Origin: Camelus dromedarius
Lineage: Eukaryota
Direction of reading: 5' to 3'
Length of the DNA stretch: 64,000 nucleotides
Assembly (NCBI RefSeq): GCF_036321535.1
Contig: NC_087437.1
Span: forward strand, 23,252,001 to 23,316,000
The translations under genes and the position numbers were made by a program. A model generated the notes under the pieces. It did no database searches. It was not told the DNA's origin and saw only the letters and a list, made by a program, of their open reading frames with translations. Shown here one piece after another: positions 38,252-52,171 of this stretch (the first letter of the stretch is position 1; each line of letters begins with the position of its first letter).

Positions 38252-41200
38252 AAATCACATATATAATCTGATTTTAAATGACAGACTTTGCTATCTGAAA
38301 CTTTATGAAATTGAAAATAATAAAAATAACTACCAGTATCAAATATACCTGCATTCCAACATAAACAAACCTTTCTCATTTATCTATCTGATACACACAT
38401 CAGTTTATCTTTTTAAAATTTCATTATACATTTTTTTTGTCTTCTTACATGAACAACAACAACAAAAATAATTACAGAGACTTTCCTTCTTCCAGGTTCT
38501 CCATTTGAATCAAATCACGGCTGGCATTTTATCACTTGCTTGGTTGCATCACACCCCCCTCACAGGCATCTGATTACAGGAGTACTCAAACTGACATCAA
38601 CATGCAGACTCCAGGGAGGAGAGCCTGAGACCTGAGAACAGAAAATTAGATGATTAGTGCTTTCTTTCAGCCTTGGCAGTGCCACTTTTGATGAAGGACT
38701 GAAAATTCTTTGTTAAACCCTCTTTTTGATTCATTTTGATTAAACCAGAACATTTTTATAGTGAAATGTTTATACATCACCTAGAGCCAGAAAGACTGAC
38801 TGCCTTATCAACTGTAAACCTGGATGGAAACAGATAGCAACAAGAATGTTGACTTGCAATTTTAGGAGATAAAGGCAAATTTTTAAGAGTTTAATTTTTT
38901 GTGCTCTCACAGTTACTTAAAAAATAAATTAAAATTCTCTTTGAAATAATAACAAGATCTCATGTGAGGCTTCTGCACTGTCATAGAAAACTAGCATTAG
39001 AGGCAAATATACTTGGCTCTCAGGATTTTGGAAACCAGAACATAGATAGTGGTTTAATTAGGACAGCTCTCCTAATTTGAGCTAGAGTTATGACAAGTAC
39101 TTTTAATTTAAATTACTCAGCAGGACTACCGTATCATAACAACTATGTCAAGGGCTTATGTTCCAGTCCTAAAATTGGCTAAGATCTTTAAATTGCCAAA
39201 TAAGTCAGCCTCAGAGGGACCATATTGCTTTGAAAGAGAGCTATGTGGAGATTTTGAAGTGTCAAAAATGAATGAGAGGTAGCTTAAAGAAGATATCTGA
39301 ATTGGTATATGTATCACCCCCCCCATTTCTATCTAGTTACTAGACAGTTGATTGTCATTCCTAAAGTATAAACTGCTTTCAATAATGAGATTTTAAAATT
39401 AACTGTCGAGTGTGTTTACAGCCTTTTAATAGTGTCAGTGTATGACAAAGGTGAGTTAGGAGAAGATGAGCCAAGTCCTGAAGCCCAGGGGACTCCTGGC
39501 CTGTACTATTGCCCTTTGGCTTTCCCATTTATTTTTCTGCACACGAATACCCTGCTGACCTTGGATGAGACATATCTGAAATATACTGGGGAGAAAGAGA
39601 TGAGAACTGGGCAGCTGAATTCTAATTTGGTCTCTGCCACTTATTACCTCTGGCTTTTTGGCTATTACCTCTAGCATCCAATTGCAGTGCCCTCTTCCCT
39701 GAATAAGGGCTTTTCATGCAGAGGCCCTAAGAACGATTCCTTAATTCTTCAGCATCAGTGCAACAGAGATGAAGAGTCAGATAATTATCTGCAGCTTCTA
39801 CAGTGCAGTGCTCTCCTCAGTGTGTCTATTAACTGGAGGTTGCAATCGGAATGGTAAGCAATACCCACGTTTATATACATAGTGATCATTAACTATGAAT
39901 ATATACTTTGGGCTGCAGTAGCAGTTTAATAGTTTCAGAGCCATTTATTAAATTGGCTTCATGTATTTTCATAGTCATGAATTTAAAGAGTTATATTTTT
40001 AGAGGATTTTCACAAACTGAAAATGATTTGCAATCACATTAATGGGAAGAAGTAAATTGAAGATGCTCAGGTGAAGAGTTTAACACAAGGAAGCATTTGA
40101 TTTTTATGCTTATAGTAAATGAGTTTAGGGTATCATTTGAAGTTAAAGTTTCTGTGTGTGCTTTCTGTCAGGTTTTGCTTCTTATAATTAATTTTTGAAA
40201 CATTCCTAGGAACTATAACTATGTTAAAGTTTTTGTGTTCTTTACTGACTATTTTGCTAACAAAGTCACTAAAGTGTATAAACATTCATGTTAGTGCTGA
40301 GAGCCATGCTGAACAACTGGAAGAGGTTGCTATCATATTTGTATTGCTTTTAAATTCTGATGAAGTTGATTGCATGATTATTGTGTTTAATTACCTCATG
40401 ATCTCAATCACTACCTTTGCAGCTATTGCTTAAATAACTAGACCACTAATGTGGCCATGCTGCTTTAAATAACCATAACATTGTCAGATAGGCAGTCTCA
40501 AATCAATGTGAGATGATCAAAAGAGCACACAACTATATAAATCTTGGGAGATGTGTGTGTGTTTGTGAGTATTGGTTGGTTTGGGTGTATTTAAGAAATG
40601 GGCAAGGTTTAGGTTTTGAGAGAAGTGTGAGAAACCTATTCTGTTCATTCACTTCAGTAATCCCATGATATCAGAGTTGAAGCCAATACATCTTACTTCT
40701 AAGAGAAGAAAAAATTTTGATGTCCTTATTTTTATTCGCTTTCTTTTTTTGAAAACAAGAGTAAAAATACAATATATAGTCTCTCCCTATTAGACATTGT
40801 TACCACAGGATCAAGAAAACCATCCTCAATCACTTGGAGGCAGTTTTTTAATTCTGACATTTGGTGTCAGGGGAGAAAAGTGTCCGTGATTGCCAAAAGC
40901 GGAATCTTTCTTTATTATTAAACAGCAGTAACAGGAAAAAACTATATTTATAGTTAGTGGGCGCTAACATTCTGGGATTAGCAAATACAAGCAGAGGTTA
41001 GGGGAAAAGGTATGGAGGGTCAGTCTGTCCCAGGAAGTCAGGAAGCTCATCTTGGGGAAGGGGGGTTAGAGTGCCAGGGTTCTACCTGAGGGCTGGCTTG
41101 TGCTTGGTGAAGAAGAGTGTAATCTCCATGGCATCATTCAAAGATCCTTTATACCCGTGCCCTGAGGAATGGGATTTATGCTCTTTATCAGAGAATTTTA

Positions 41201-41439
41201 TATGGTCTGAAAAATTCAGGCTTGCTCCAGGTGGGCAGGAGCAAGAGAGAAGCAACAAGAAGAGAGGTGCAGACAGCACAGATGACCAAGTTAATGGGTC
41301 TGAGAGTAGCAGCCCTGTAGAAGAGTACGTGGGTGAACCCGAGCTCTTTCAGGAGGGAAGAGGGCACCTAAGAGCCTTGACGTCCTGGTGTTTTCACTGG
41401 ACAGTAATTTGGATCCAAATATACTGGAACTAATATCTC

Positions 41440-42500
41440 TATTTTTAATGATCTTTTTTTTTTTTTCCTTACGCTTTCTGCTCCTTAGCTCCTTAACCAT
41501 ATATGTATTTTTTGGTTTTTGTAACTTGGGGAATCCAAGGCTAACATTATTACTATTGCCACTCTCCCAATTTTTCAGTCAATATTTCAAAATTTCCAAC
41601 TGGAAATTTTGTCAATTTCAATAGTAATACAATTTTTCTTGCTTCTGAAATTGATAATTTTTATATCATTTTAAATTTTTCTTGCCTTTCTTGTGCTGAC
41701 TTTAAACATTCATTAAAATGTTGAGTACAAATGATGTTCATGGGCAACTATGTCTTATTCATAAATATAAAGGTAATTCTTTTAATATTTAATTATTATA
41801 TATGTTTGTTGAACTTTTTTTTAAATGCCTTTTATAAAGTTAAGTGAGTCCTCTTCCATTCTTAATTTTTACCCTTAATGGATGATGGATTTTTGCACCT
41901 ATTTTTTCTACATCTAATAACATGGTATTATATTTTCTCAGATAATATGTTGCTATAGATAAATTCATTGATGTATTTTTCTAAGGTTAAAGGATTTTGA
42001 ATTCTCATGATCTCTATTTGTTAGAATTGAATAGAAATTGCTACATATTATAAACAATAACTTATTGAGAGTTTTTACATTTATATTCATAGGTAGGATT
42101 GTTTTATTATTTTCCTTTCATGAACTATTTTCATACAGTTTTGGATCAGTGCCACGCCAGCCATGTAAACTGAATTGGTAGATTTCTTATTTTTCCTATA
42201 TTTGGGAAATATATATCAAGGGTTATTTATTTAGAACACATAGCTGGATTTTTTTTTTTTCATTTTGAAAATTTTTGTCTTTTAACTGAAAACCTTAAAT
42301 GATTATTAGAATTGATATTTCATGTTGGGATTTATTTCTTCTGTAGATTGTGGAAGTTTTCAAAATCATGATTCTCCTTGGCTCTGCTTTTCCCTCTTTC
42401 TTGGCTTCTACTGGATAAATTGGATGTCCTTTACTATCTTTTAAATCTTTTGTCTGCTAGGTTGGAAGTTAGACATTTTTATCGGTATATTTAAGTAAAA
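41440..42500 (-). mobile_element. Ancient L1M ORF2 fragments
   Basis: T-rich antisense L1-like text, e.g. 'gggcaactatgtcttattcataaatataaaggtaattcttttaatattt' and 'tttttacatttatattcataggtaggattg'. Confidence 0.55.
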
Positions 42501-43639
42501 GTTTTGATTATAACAAAAATAAGATATATAATGTAATTAATTGCAAAGGGAAGTATTAGTCCAATATGCAGATTTTTAAAGAAAATATTTAAAATTTGGT
42601 TTCACTGAATTAATTGAAACATTCCTACACTGAAGATGTTGAAGACAAATGAGAAGAGGATTTATGAAGACCGTCCCTGTGGGAAGAGCTGCTAGTGCAC
42701 TGTGACTCCGTGCCCACGTCCAGGAGAGAAGGGAGTGGTACAGCATGATCTCTTCTCCAGCTTTAAGGGGAGACAGGAGGAAGGCAGCTGCCTCCTGTTT
42801 GGGAAAAGGGGAGGAGGAGAGAGATGGGGCAGCCAGTGATCTTGTGGCAGAGGAAAATCAAGCTGTCATGGCAGTGAGTGTGCTGGGAGAAGAGGTGTGG
42901 GTTTCCTCTAACGCCTGTGTAGGCCACCTGTGAAGGGTGCTGGTGTGAGGGTTGTCTTAGCTGCTATCAGATAAGGTCTGACTGAAAGCAAATTCTGTCA
43001 AAAAGTGGCAGAAATAAAATCACTGGGTTCCCGGCGGGCTGCCACATCAAGGGAACTGAAGGTCAAGAGGCCCCAAGGACTGAGATCTCTAAAGAAGCCA
43101 CAGAAGTGCTTGTGTGACATTCATTTTGGACACAGTGGCATTCAAATAAGGGTAGTCCAGATTCCCTCATCTGACCTCAAAACCCTCCTGGCAAGTGGTG
43201 GAGGAATCTGTCCAGTTGACTGCCATGTTCAGGGAGAGAATCAGCAAGAACTAACATGCAAACTGCACTCTCTCACTCTGAAGACCAGCAGCCCCGGCAC
43301 AACAGGCTCCAGCTGGAGGATAGGGGGAGAAGTGTTACCTTTGAAAAGAGTTGGAGGATTTCATCATTAGACTGGATTAGACATTCTATGTATAAAAATG
43401 AGACTCTGCATAGACAGAGAAGTTTCTGTTACTTCGGTGAGATCAGAAAGTCATGGAACAAATTAGTCCCCTGCAGTATAGGTCTGCTTGTGCTCCATGA
43501 ATTGTTTGATTTGTGTTCTAGTTAAAATACTCAATTTCTATTATTTAGTAGCCGTCCTTACATTTTTAGCGTGCGTGCCTGAGAGCGCATATCTCTACCC
43601 TCCTCCTGACCAACACTATGATGTTAGAACTAGAAGTTT

Positions 43640-44420
43640 CTAACAAATTCTTTTAACTTCGTTATGTAAAATTTTAGCATAATCCTATATGCTAATTGTT
43701 TACCTTTATAACTTCTGAGTTTGCCCTTCTTATTTAAGACAGCTTTTCCCTCACAAATGTACTAATATTCTCCTAGGTCTTCTCCTAATGTTTTTATATA
43801 CAGTAGTTTTTAACTTTTAGATTATTGATCTATCTGGAAAATTTTTCTGCGTACAAAACGTAGTAGGATATTTAATTATATATTTTTCTTCTAAATAGAT
43901 TACCAGTGGTCTCCATCCCATTTATTTCAGAATCCGCTGTTTGCCCAAAGATGTGTACTTCCCACATTTATCATGTATTTTGATGTCTGCCTGTTCTGTT
44001 TCTTGATTCTTTATTCTCTCTTCTGTTGCTGCTTTTCCTATACTATTTTTATATTTGTTTAGCTATCTCTACCCTCTAATTTTTTTTTCATTTTTTTAGA
44101 GGGGAATCCTGGCAGATTCCTTCTTCCACATGAAATTCAAAATAATAGTATAAAGTTCCAAGAAGATCTCATTGACATTCCAGTTGAAGATGTATTAGAT
44201 TTGTATGTTAACTTTTGATCTACTTATATTTTTATTTAGTTTTCCCATTTAGGGACATAGGCCATCTTTCATTCATTTAGGTCTTTTTTCTGTACTGTAT
44301 AGAATTTTTTTTTCTCCCATGGCTGCCTTACTTTCACTGTTGTTATTGAATTCACTCCCAGCTATTGTACAGTAGTATTGTATCTAATGTACAGCTATTA
44401 TTGCTCTTGCAATGAGATTT
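43640..44420 (-). mobile_element. Ancient L1ME fragments
   Basis: 'ttttagattattgatctatctggaa...aaatagattaccagtggtctcc...catttatt' and 'ccatctttcattcatttaggtcttttt'. Confidence 0.55.
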
Positions 44421-44587
44421 TTCCACATGCAGCCGTTTGATAATACAAATTCTAGGAAGCAACCTTTAGAAAATCTCCTGGGAGACTTAGGTCCAGATGT
44501 GCTGGGGGCACAGCCAAGAGTAGGTGTGAGCCTCTTTTGTGCAGTGTGGCAAGTGCTGAGCCATTGTGAGAACACAGGGCAACCTGT

Positions 44588-46850
44588 CATTTATTCCTGC
44601 CACAAAGACTTACTGAGTGCTTACTATTAAGTGCCAGGAACTGCTCTAGGATCCTATAGTAAGCAAAGCAGACAACAACAACAAAAAAGCCTTTGGCTTT
44701 ATTTAATTTATTTTTTAGTGAAAGAGACAGATAATAAGTAAATTACATACTATGTGATATACTAAAAACTCAGGAGAAAAATAAACCAAAGAGAAGAAAG
44801 AAGTGCTGGAATGAGCTGAAGTTTCAGGTTGGGAGCATCATCTAAAGGGGAGAAGAGCACTGAGAGAGGATGCAAGCCAGAATGTGGACTGAGAGACCTG
44901 GTCAGGCAGTGAGTTGTAGGTGCTAGTAATGATAGTGAGCTGGAAAGTCACAGGAGAGATTTCAGCAGAATAGTAAAATGATATGACTTTGTTTAACTGT
45001 ATTCTTTCAGCTCTGGGTTGAGAATAGACTAAAAAGAGGTGGTCTATAAAGAAGCTGTGGTATACGTATACAGCAGAATACCACTCAGCCATAAAAAATA
45101 ATAAAAATAATGCCATTTGCAGCAACATGGATGGACCTGGAGATTGTCATACTAAGTGAGGTAAGCCAGAAAGAGAAAGAAAAATACCATATGATATCAC
45201 TTCTATGTGGAATCTAAAAAAAAAAAAAAAAAAAAAAAAGACAAATGGACTAACTTATAAAACAGAAGAAGACTCATAGACATAGAATACAAACTTATGG
45301 TTACCAGAGAGGGAAAGGGGTAGGAAAGGATAAATTAGGAGTTTCAGATTTGCAGATACTAACTACTATATATAAAATAGATAAACAATACATTTATACT
45401 GTATAGCATAGGAAACTATATTCAATATCTTGTAGTAACTTTGGTGAAAAAGAATATGAAAATGAATATATGTATGTTCATGTATGACTGAAACATTATG
45501 CTGTATACCAGAAACTGACACATTGTAAACTGACTATACTTCAATTTTCATATATATTTAGTTCAGTGCACATAAAATTAAAAAAAGAAAAAATTTAAAA
45601 TACTGGTAAATAAAAGTTATTTCCAAGAAAAAAAGAGCTAGTTTGACTCAGGTAGAAGATGGCAGGAAGGGAGGGAATTCTCGGGCTATTTTGTAGGTAG
45701 AATAGGAAAGATCTGCTGACTGAATGAGCAAAAGTGTGACAGAAACAGAGGAGTCAGGGATGACACGATTGCTTTTTGTCAGAACATCTGGAAAGATATA
45801 ATTATTTACCTAGATGGTGAATGCTGTGGAACAAGTAGATTTTGGCATTGACAGGTGTCAGGAGCTCAGTTTTGGACATGCTATTTAAGAGACACCTATT
45901 ACAAAAAGTAGATACTGAGTTAGTGGCTATTGAGTGTGGATGCTAGGGACCAGGAAAGGTGATAATAGATGTGGGAATCATCATAATATAGGTGAGATTC
46001 AAAACCATGAACCTGGAGATCACCTAGGAAGTCAGTATAGAGAGATTAGAGAATCAAGGACTGATGAGACATGGAGTGCTCTGACATTTAGGAGTCAGGA
46101 GGAAAGAAGCATTCAGCAAAAACACTGAGAAGAAGCCAGAAAGGTAGAAGAAAACCTAGCAGCTATATTGTGCTGTAAGCTCAGTGAGGCACTTGCATCA
46201 AAGAGGAGAGCATGATTAATTGCAGCAAATGCTGCTGAAAAGTCAATTAAGATGAGAAATGGAATCAACCATTGTCTTTGGCATGTGGAGTTGATTGATG
46301 ACTTTGATAAGAGCAGTTTTGGTGAAATGGTGTAGGAGCAAATTCACTGGAGTGAATTCAGGAATTCAGTGAGAAAAACTGAAGACAGAAAATACAGATG
46401 ATTCACTTAAGGAGGCAGAGTTCAAGGCATAGGAGAGATATGAGACAGGAATTAGAAGAGAAGGAGGATAAAGGGAGGCTTTTATTGAGATAGGGGAAAT
46501 TACAACAGGTTTGTACGTTTGGGAGAATCAACCACAAGAGAGGGAAAAATCAATGTTGCAGGAAACAGAGGAAGAGAATAGGTGGAGGGTGTCTTTGAGC
46601 AAGTGAAAAGGAATTGCATTTAATTTAGAAGTGAAGGTTTGGCATTGGCTACAAGCAAAGACATGAGTAGAGACTACGGACACAGTTGCAGGCAAGTGGG
46701 TAGATGTGGCGGTAGGAACTTGGGGAATTTTTCTTCTGATTGCTTCAGTTTTTTGTTGAAATAGAAACCAAAGTCATTTAGAGAAAATAAGTATGTGGAA
46801 AGATGTGTTGGAGGTTTGTAGATAGAGGAAAATGAATGAGGTGGTTCACA
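44588..46850 (-). mobile_element. Long L2 LINE remnant interrupted by an L1
   Basis: Antisense 3' end 'ttactgagtgcttactattaagtgccaggaactgctctagg' and internal 'tcaggagctcagttttggacatgct', 'aaatgctgctgaaaagtcaattaagatgagaa', 'tcttctgattgcttcagttttt'. Confidence 0.85.
45046..45630 (+). mobile_element. LINE-1 3' fragment (camelid-type) with extended tail
   Basis: 'ataaagaagctgtggtatacgtatacagcagaataccactcagccataaa...gcaacatggatggacctggag...tgactatacttcaat'; degenerate TSD aaaaagaggtggtct / aaaaagagctagttt. Confidence 0.95.
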
Positions 46851-48739
46851 GAAGGAGGACTCCTCCAGCCCCTGGCTCTGGGTAAGAGATAAAACATTTG
46901 ATTGGCCTCCCCAAATCACTTTCTTCTCCTTTGTTACAGTTAGCCAGTTTTCAGCCAGACACATGATTTTACCGAACAGGACGGCCTTCTTTGCAGCTAG
47001 GCATGGCTCTTTGTCTGCATTTAGTCAATGGGAACAGATAGAAATGTTGCTTATGATTTCTGAAAAACGTCCTGAAGACAGAGGGGTGGAATTTCTTTCT
47101 CTCTTCCTGCTTTCTGTTGTTCAGATGGCGGATGTGATGCCAGGCTGGTGAGTAGCCTAACTGGACCATGATCTGATGGGTCCAGGGTTCTTAGAAATCA
47201 GAGCCCAAAGCAGGTTCAACTTCATTATTGGTGAGTGAGAGTAAAAGGGAAAGTGAGGCTAGGAAGGAGGAAAAGCAAACACAAGGCGGTGTTTCTGAGT
47301 CAACCACAGCTTCAGGAGAAAACATAACTGGTTCCACAGTCACGGGGAAGTCTGTAAGGGACAGGACAGGAGCCATCTATCTGCCAGCCTCTTGCTATTT
47401 TCTGTCTCTTCCTGGCCTCACTTCTCACCTTGGGGTGATCACCGCCCCCCCCTTCTGGGCTGTCCTCCCTGGCTCCTCCAGGTGGGGGGCTGGAGAAGCC
47501 AGAGCCTCAGGGAGTCAGGTCAAGTCAGCCATGGGCAGTGGCGCTGCCTGGTGCTTGCTGCATGGGCCTGGTGGAGCCCTGCCAGCCTGTGCCCTTATCC
47601 CAGAGGCGGATAAGAAGGTAGGGAGTGGCGACGAGGGCTCTCTCGTGGTAGGAACTTAGTGACTTGCTGCTGGTACTGCTGTGGCCAGGAACCAGGGCAC
47701 AGACCTCTGGGCTCTTATTTTTACTTTGCTACCGTCAACTAGAGAGATCAAGGGGAAATAACTTAAGTCTCCATTTCTTCATCTATTTCAAGTAAATGCT
47801 TTGGGGGGTAAGTAAAAATGGCTGGAAATAATACTCAGAATCATTCTTGTTACCTGTGATTCGGAAGGTTCACATACCTTCAAAGTCTAATTCCTTTGGG
47901 TCATATATTTATCTTATAGTGTATTATTAATAAATACTTTGGAAAATAGCCACAGAAGAGAGAGGATGCTAGATCCCAGACTCTTAACTGTTCTTGGCAG
48001 TGAGTCTAGTTGAGTATCAAAGGGTCCAATAAGTATCAAACAGTTCACAGTCTTAAAACGCTGCGGCACAGTCAGAGAGGTCACCATATCCTGCTGATGA
48101 AACTGACTCTAACCCCATCATCAAATGGGGAAAGGGCTTTTTAAATATTCTATTTTGCAATTTGTTGAAACATGTAAATGGAAAAGACTTCCTCTCCATC
48201 TTTATTCACTTTCTAACCTATTCTGAAGGCTGTACATAAATAGCTAAACCAACCGATTCTAAACCGATTGACGGTGGAAAGGAGAAGGAGCCAGTCCCAC
48301 GTCCCCCCCGTAAAATTGGCCAGTGGCCAGTGAATGGTCAAGAGAATGAGGGATGGCGGGGGCACCTAGGCTCCGCCTGAAGAGTAAGACAACTAGGGCT
48401 TGCCCAGGCTTTGAAGAAAGGACACACGTCAGATAAGGTGGCAGGTTGGTAACAGTGTGACATTACTATTTAAAATGGTTTCAAGATGGGGAAGGAGAAA
48501 TCAATTAATCTGGCCTGTGTGGTCTGGATGCAAAAGGCTGATATCCTGTCAGTATTGCTTTAGGCTCCCTGGAGAGACATTTTGGCTCTGGGCGGAGAGC
48601 TGTTGTTGACCTTACTCTTCTAACATTCAAAGGTTTAGAAAGAAAACTGACCAGAAAAAAAAGGGAAAGGCTAACCTACAAATTTGCAGGCCAGCATCTA
48701 ATGAGTTTCTGTTTACTCTCATTAATGAAATGGAACTAT

Positions 48740-49222
48740 GAAGTTTGGCTGAAAGATGACAAGAAACCCAAAATAAAAGTGGTTAAGCACAGTGGAAGTT
48801 TAATTTTCCTCTCACAAAAGTCCAGAGGTGGAGACCCAGGGCTGATACGGATATTAGTGGTCCATAATATTAGGGAGATGGGATCCTTCTATCTTCCTGT
48901 TTTGCCATATATGGCAAAGGTTTGCATGGACCAATACTGCTGCTCTAATTAGCTATAAAAATTACCCCAGACAACAGAGAAAAGCTCAGGAAAGTCATGA
49001 GCTATACCGCTCCCCTTTAGAGACATTTTCAAGAAGATGTCCACTATATATGTTCACATTCTTTTCCAGACTTCATCACCTGGATACACCTGGTTGAATG
49101 GTCAACCAGAAAGTATAATTTTTGTTTGGTGTTTCCATGTGCCCAGGTGAATTTTGGGATCCCTATTACATAGGAAGATGGTCATACAGGCCTCAGGGGG
49201 ACAACTAGCAGCCTCTGTCACA
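48740..49222 (-). mobile_element. Old MaLR LTR (MLT1J-like)
   Basis: 'gacaagaaacccaaaataaaagtggttaa...ctctcacaaaagtccagaggtgg...ccagggctg' and end 'ggacaactagcagcctctgtcaca'. Confidence 0.7.
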
Positions 49223-49599
49223 ATCATCGGGGCCCCTGCATATGGTTTTCCAAGTCATTTTATAATTTTGAACAAGATATTTGTATTGTCATCTTTAAAT
49301 TTTAGTTTAATATTAAAATTTATCTCTTATAAATAATATTTGTCTTTTATTCCTTTAACATAATCTAATTGAGCAGTACAGAATTAAGAATACAATTTCA
49401 TACAGATTTTTTTACAGTTTCTTCTGGGAATCTGAAAGTCCTGGATTTCCCAGTCTCTCATCAGTGGTCTGAAGAAAAACTGCCTAACAGGGAAGTGAAC
49501 CAGGACAAGGGGTGAGGAGAGCCAGAGAATGGGTGTGGAGGTGTGAGCACATCCCTCGAGTCATCCTCCAAGCCAGTTCCTGCCCTGTATTCTCTTTAA

Positions 49600-50290
49600 T
49601 TTTCTTTTTTTTTTTTAAATTGAAGTATAGTTGATTTACAATGTTGTGTTAGTTTCAGGTGTACAGCATAGTGATTCAGATATATACGTATATACATATT
49701 CTTTTTCAGATTCTTTTCCAATACAGGTTATTATAAGATACTGAACATAGTTCCCTGTGCTAATCAGGACGTCCTTGTTGTTTATCTGTTTTACATACAG
49801 TAGTGTCTATCTGTTAATCCCAAACTCCTAATTTATCCGTCTTCCCTCTTTCCCTTTTGGTAATCATAAGTATGTTTTCTATGTCTGTGAGTCTATTTCT
49901 ATTTTGTAAATCAGTTTATTTGTATCACATTTTTAGATTCCACATATAAATTATGTCATATGATATTTATTCTACTCTGTCTGACTGACTTCACTTAGTA
50001 TGATAATCTCTAGGTCCATCTATGTTGCTGCAAATGGCATTATTTCATTCTTTTTTATGGCTGAGTGATATTTCATTGTATATATACACAACTCCTTTAT
50101 GCAGTCATCCATCAATGGACACTTATGTTGCTTCCATGTCTTGGCTGTTGTAAATAGTGTTGCTATGAACATTGAGGTTCATGTATCTTTTCAAATTAGA
50201 ATTTTTGTCTTTTCCAGATATATGCCCAAGAGTGGGATTGCTGGATCATATGGTAAGTCTATTTTTAGTTTTTTAAGGAATCTCCATACT
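49600..50290 (-). mobile_element. LINE-1 3' fragment (older artiodactyl-type 3' UTR)
   Basis: Poly(T), then 'ttgaagtatagttgatttacaatgttgtgttagtttcaggtgtacagc', then antisense ORF2 end through 'agtgggattgctggatcatatggtaagtctatttttagttttttaaggaatctccatact'. Confidence 0.95.
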
Positions 50291-51589
50291 CAGTCATATA
50301 TTTTCACTTCCATTTGACAGGAAACTCTTAAAGGAGGCTTACACCAGTATAAGTTAGGGTTATGAATCTGTGTACAAAAGAGTTCTGACAAATACATGGA
50401 GGTGGTAAGAATATAGTGAGTGAAATGGCTAGCACCTAGTGTAGTGTTTAAGAATTGATAACTATTCCTACTTTAAGTCTCTCAAATGAGGTTTTCCCAA
50501 GCAGTATTCCTTGTAAATAGACTTTTCTACAAAACTAATGATTCTATGAAAAATAGCTTGTTGAAGAGCATTGCCAATTACATCAATCTCCTGGGGCTAC
50601 ATTTTGTTAAAATCTCTCAGACACCTTGCAGATGAACCTGGTGACAGTGTTTAAAACCAATGTCCCCGATTTTATTTGCCCACGGCCACCACTTTCCCTC
50701 ATGAACTTCTATTTTGAGGCATACAGTTTTAAAAAATTTGCTCTACAATTTCACCTGGAGGAAGATTCTAGGTCACAGGTCAAGGATAGTATTTATGTAA
50801 TATTTAGACATTTTGTGGTTTTGGGGTTTGATTCCTTGATTAAGAAAAAAGGAAAATAAATAATCACCTAGACAATCTCATTCTTCATAAAGCCTAAGCC
50901 TAGTTAATATATTTTGCTGAACTTTGGAAATGAATGTCATAGCTGTTCAGATTTGTGACATATTAAAGAAGACTATTACTCTGGATAATGAACACCATGC
51001 TACATAAAGTCAGCTGGAAAGGTTAAGTTCATCACAAAATTGCCTGAAAGAGTCCAGTCAGCCTTTGGCTTAACTCTCATGCCAGAGTGCCAAGCTACAT
51101 TTTGAAAAATAGCATAATTTCTTTTATGATCACTGGAATAATTCCTATATTTTAAAACAATTTAATTATATTTTCCATTTATTTCACAATGAGCCTGATA
51201 TAAAGCAGGCAGAGAATCACTTGGGAATTAGAACATTTATTCTCATTTATATTCTTTTTCAGCTATTTTCTAAATATATATAGAGCTGAAAAAGGAAAGA
51301 AAATATAATAATTATAATCAACTGTATTGGGAACTACACCAGTTTAGCTCTTTTATTTGACAGTGGGTTATATAAAAGATTTCAAATATGGTACAAGGAT
51401 GAGATTTGCAAGAAAAATGATAAAAAGACTATAAGCAGTATAGTGTCATTTCATAATTCAATCATTAAGAAATTCTTGGCAAAGTCCTTTTGCAGCAGAG
51501 GTATATTAAATAGTGGATTATCAGTTTCTTTAGGAAGCTGCAAGAGTTCCATCATCCGTTTTCAGAATCTGAGTATGGTACTCACCTCC

Positions 51590-51880
51590 TTTGAGTCTTT
51601 CTCCTTATCAACAAGGTCTACCCTGACCTCTCTGTATAAAACTGAAACATTGCCCAACCTCTGCATACTCTCTCTTCCAGCTTTACTTTTATTCTGAGGG
51701 CATGTGTCATGACGTAATTTGCTAAATAGCTTACTTATTATTGCTATTGTCTAGAGTACAAGCACTATGTAGGCATGGACATTTGTCTGTGTTGTTCACT
51801 GTTGTGTTCCAACTACTGAGAACAGTGCCTGACTCACAGGAAATGTTAATAAATACTTGATGCTTGAATGAATGAATGAA
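51590..51880 (+). mobile_element. L2 3' end fragment
   Basis: 'ttgtctgtgttgttcactgttgtgttccaactactgagaacagtgcctgac...aataaatacttg...gaatgaatgaatgaa'. Confidence 0.85.
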
Positions 51881-52171
51881 CAGCGGGCATTATATAAATC
51901 CCTCTGCAATATTTCTTGCCCTCATGATTTCTAGAATCATCTGACACCAGCATTGCCTGGTGCATAAATCAGATCGTGCTTATGGAATAATGCCAGAGAC
52001 CCACAGACAGCTGGAATATCTTCTCCAGCAATGCCTAAAGTTAAACCGTTGATGGGCTCCTTCTTTTCTTTTTCCTCCTCCTCCTTCTCTTCTTTGTTTT
52101 TAACTTAACAATTTTTAGGAGAGTGAGGTATTGTAAAATTGAAATATATTTCCATCCATGCCTAACATCTT

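Noticed and set aside
40862..40875. ERVL tRNA-Leu primer-binding site (tggtgtcagg)
   Set aside because: Short match only, with no upstream LTR or downstream internal sequence in that orientation.
24170..50290. Two L1 copies 5'-truncated within ~12 bp of the same position (24198 and 50290)
   Set aside because: Different 3' UTR types and unrelated flanks; two cases are compatible with coincidence.
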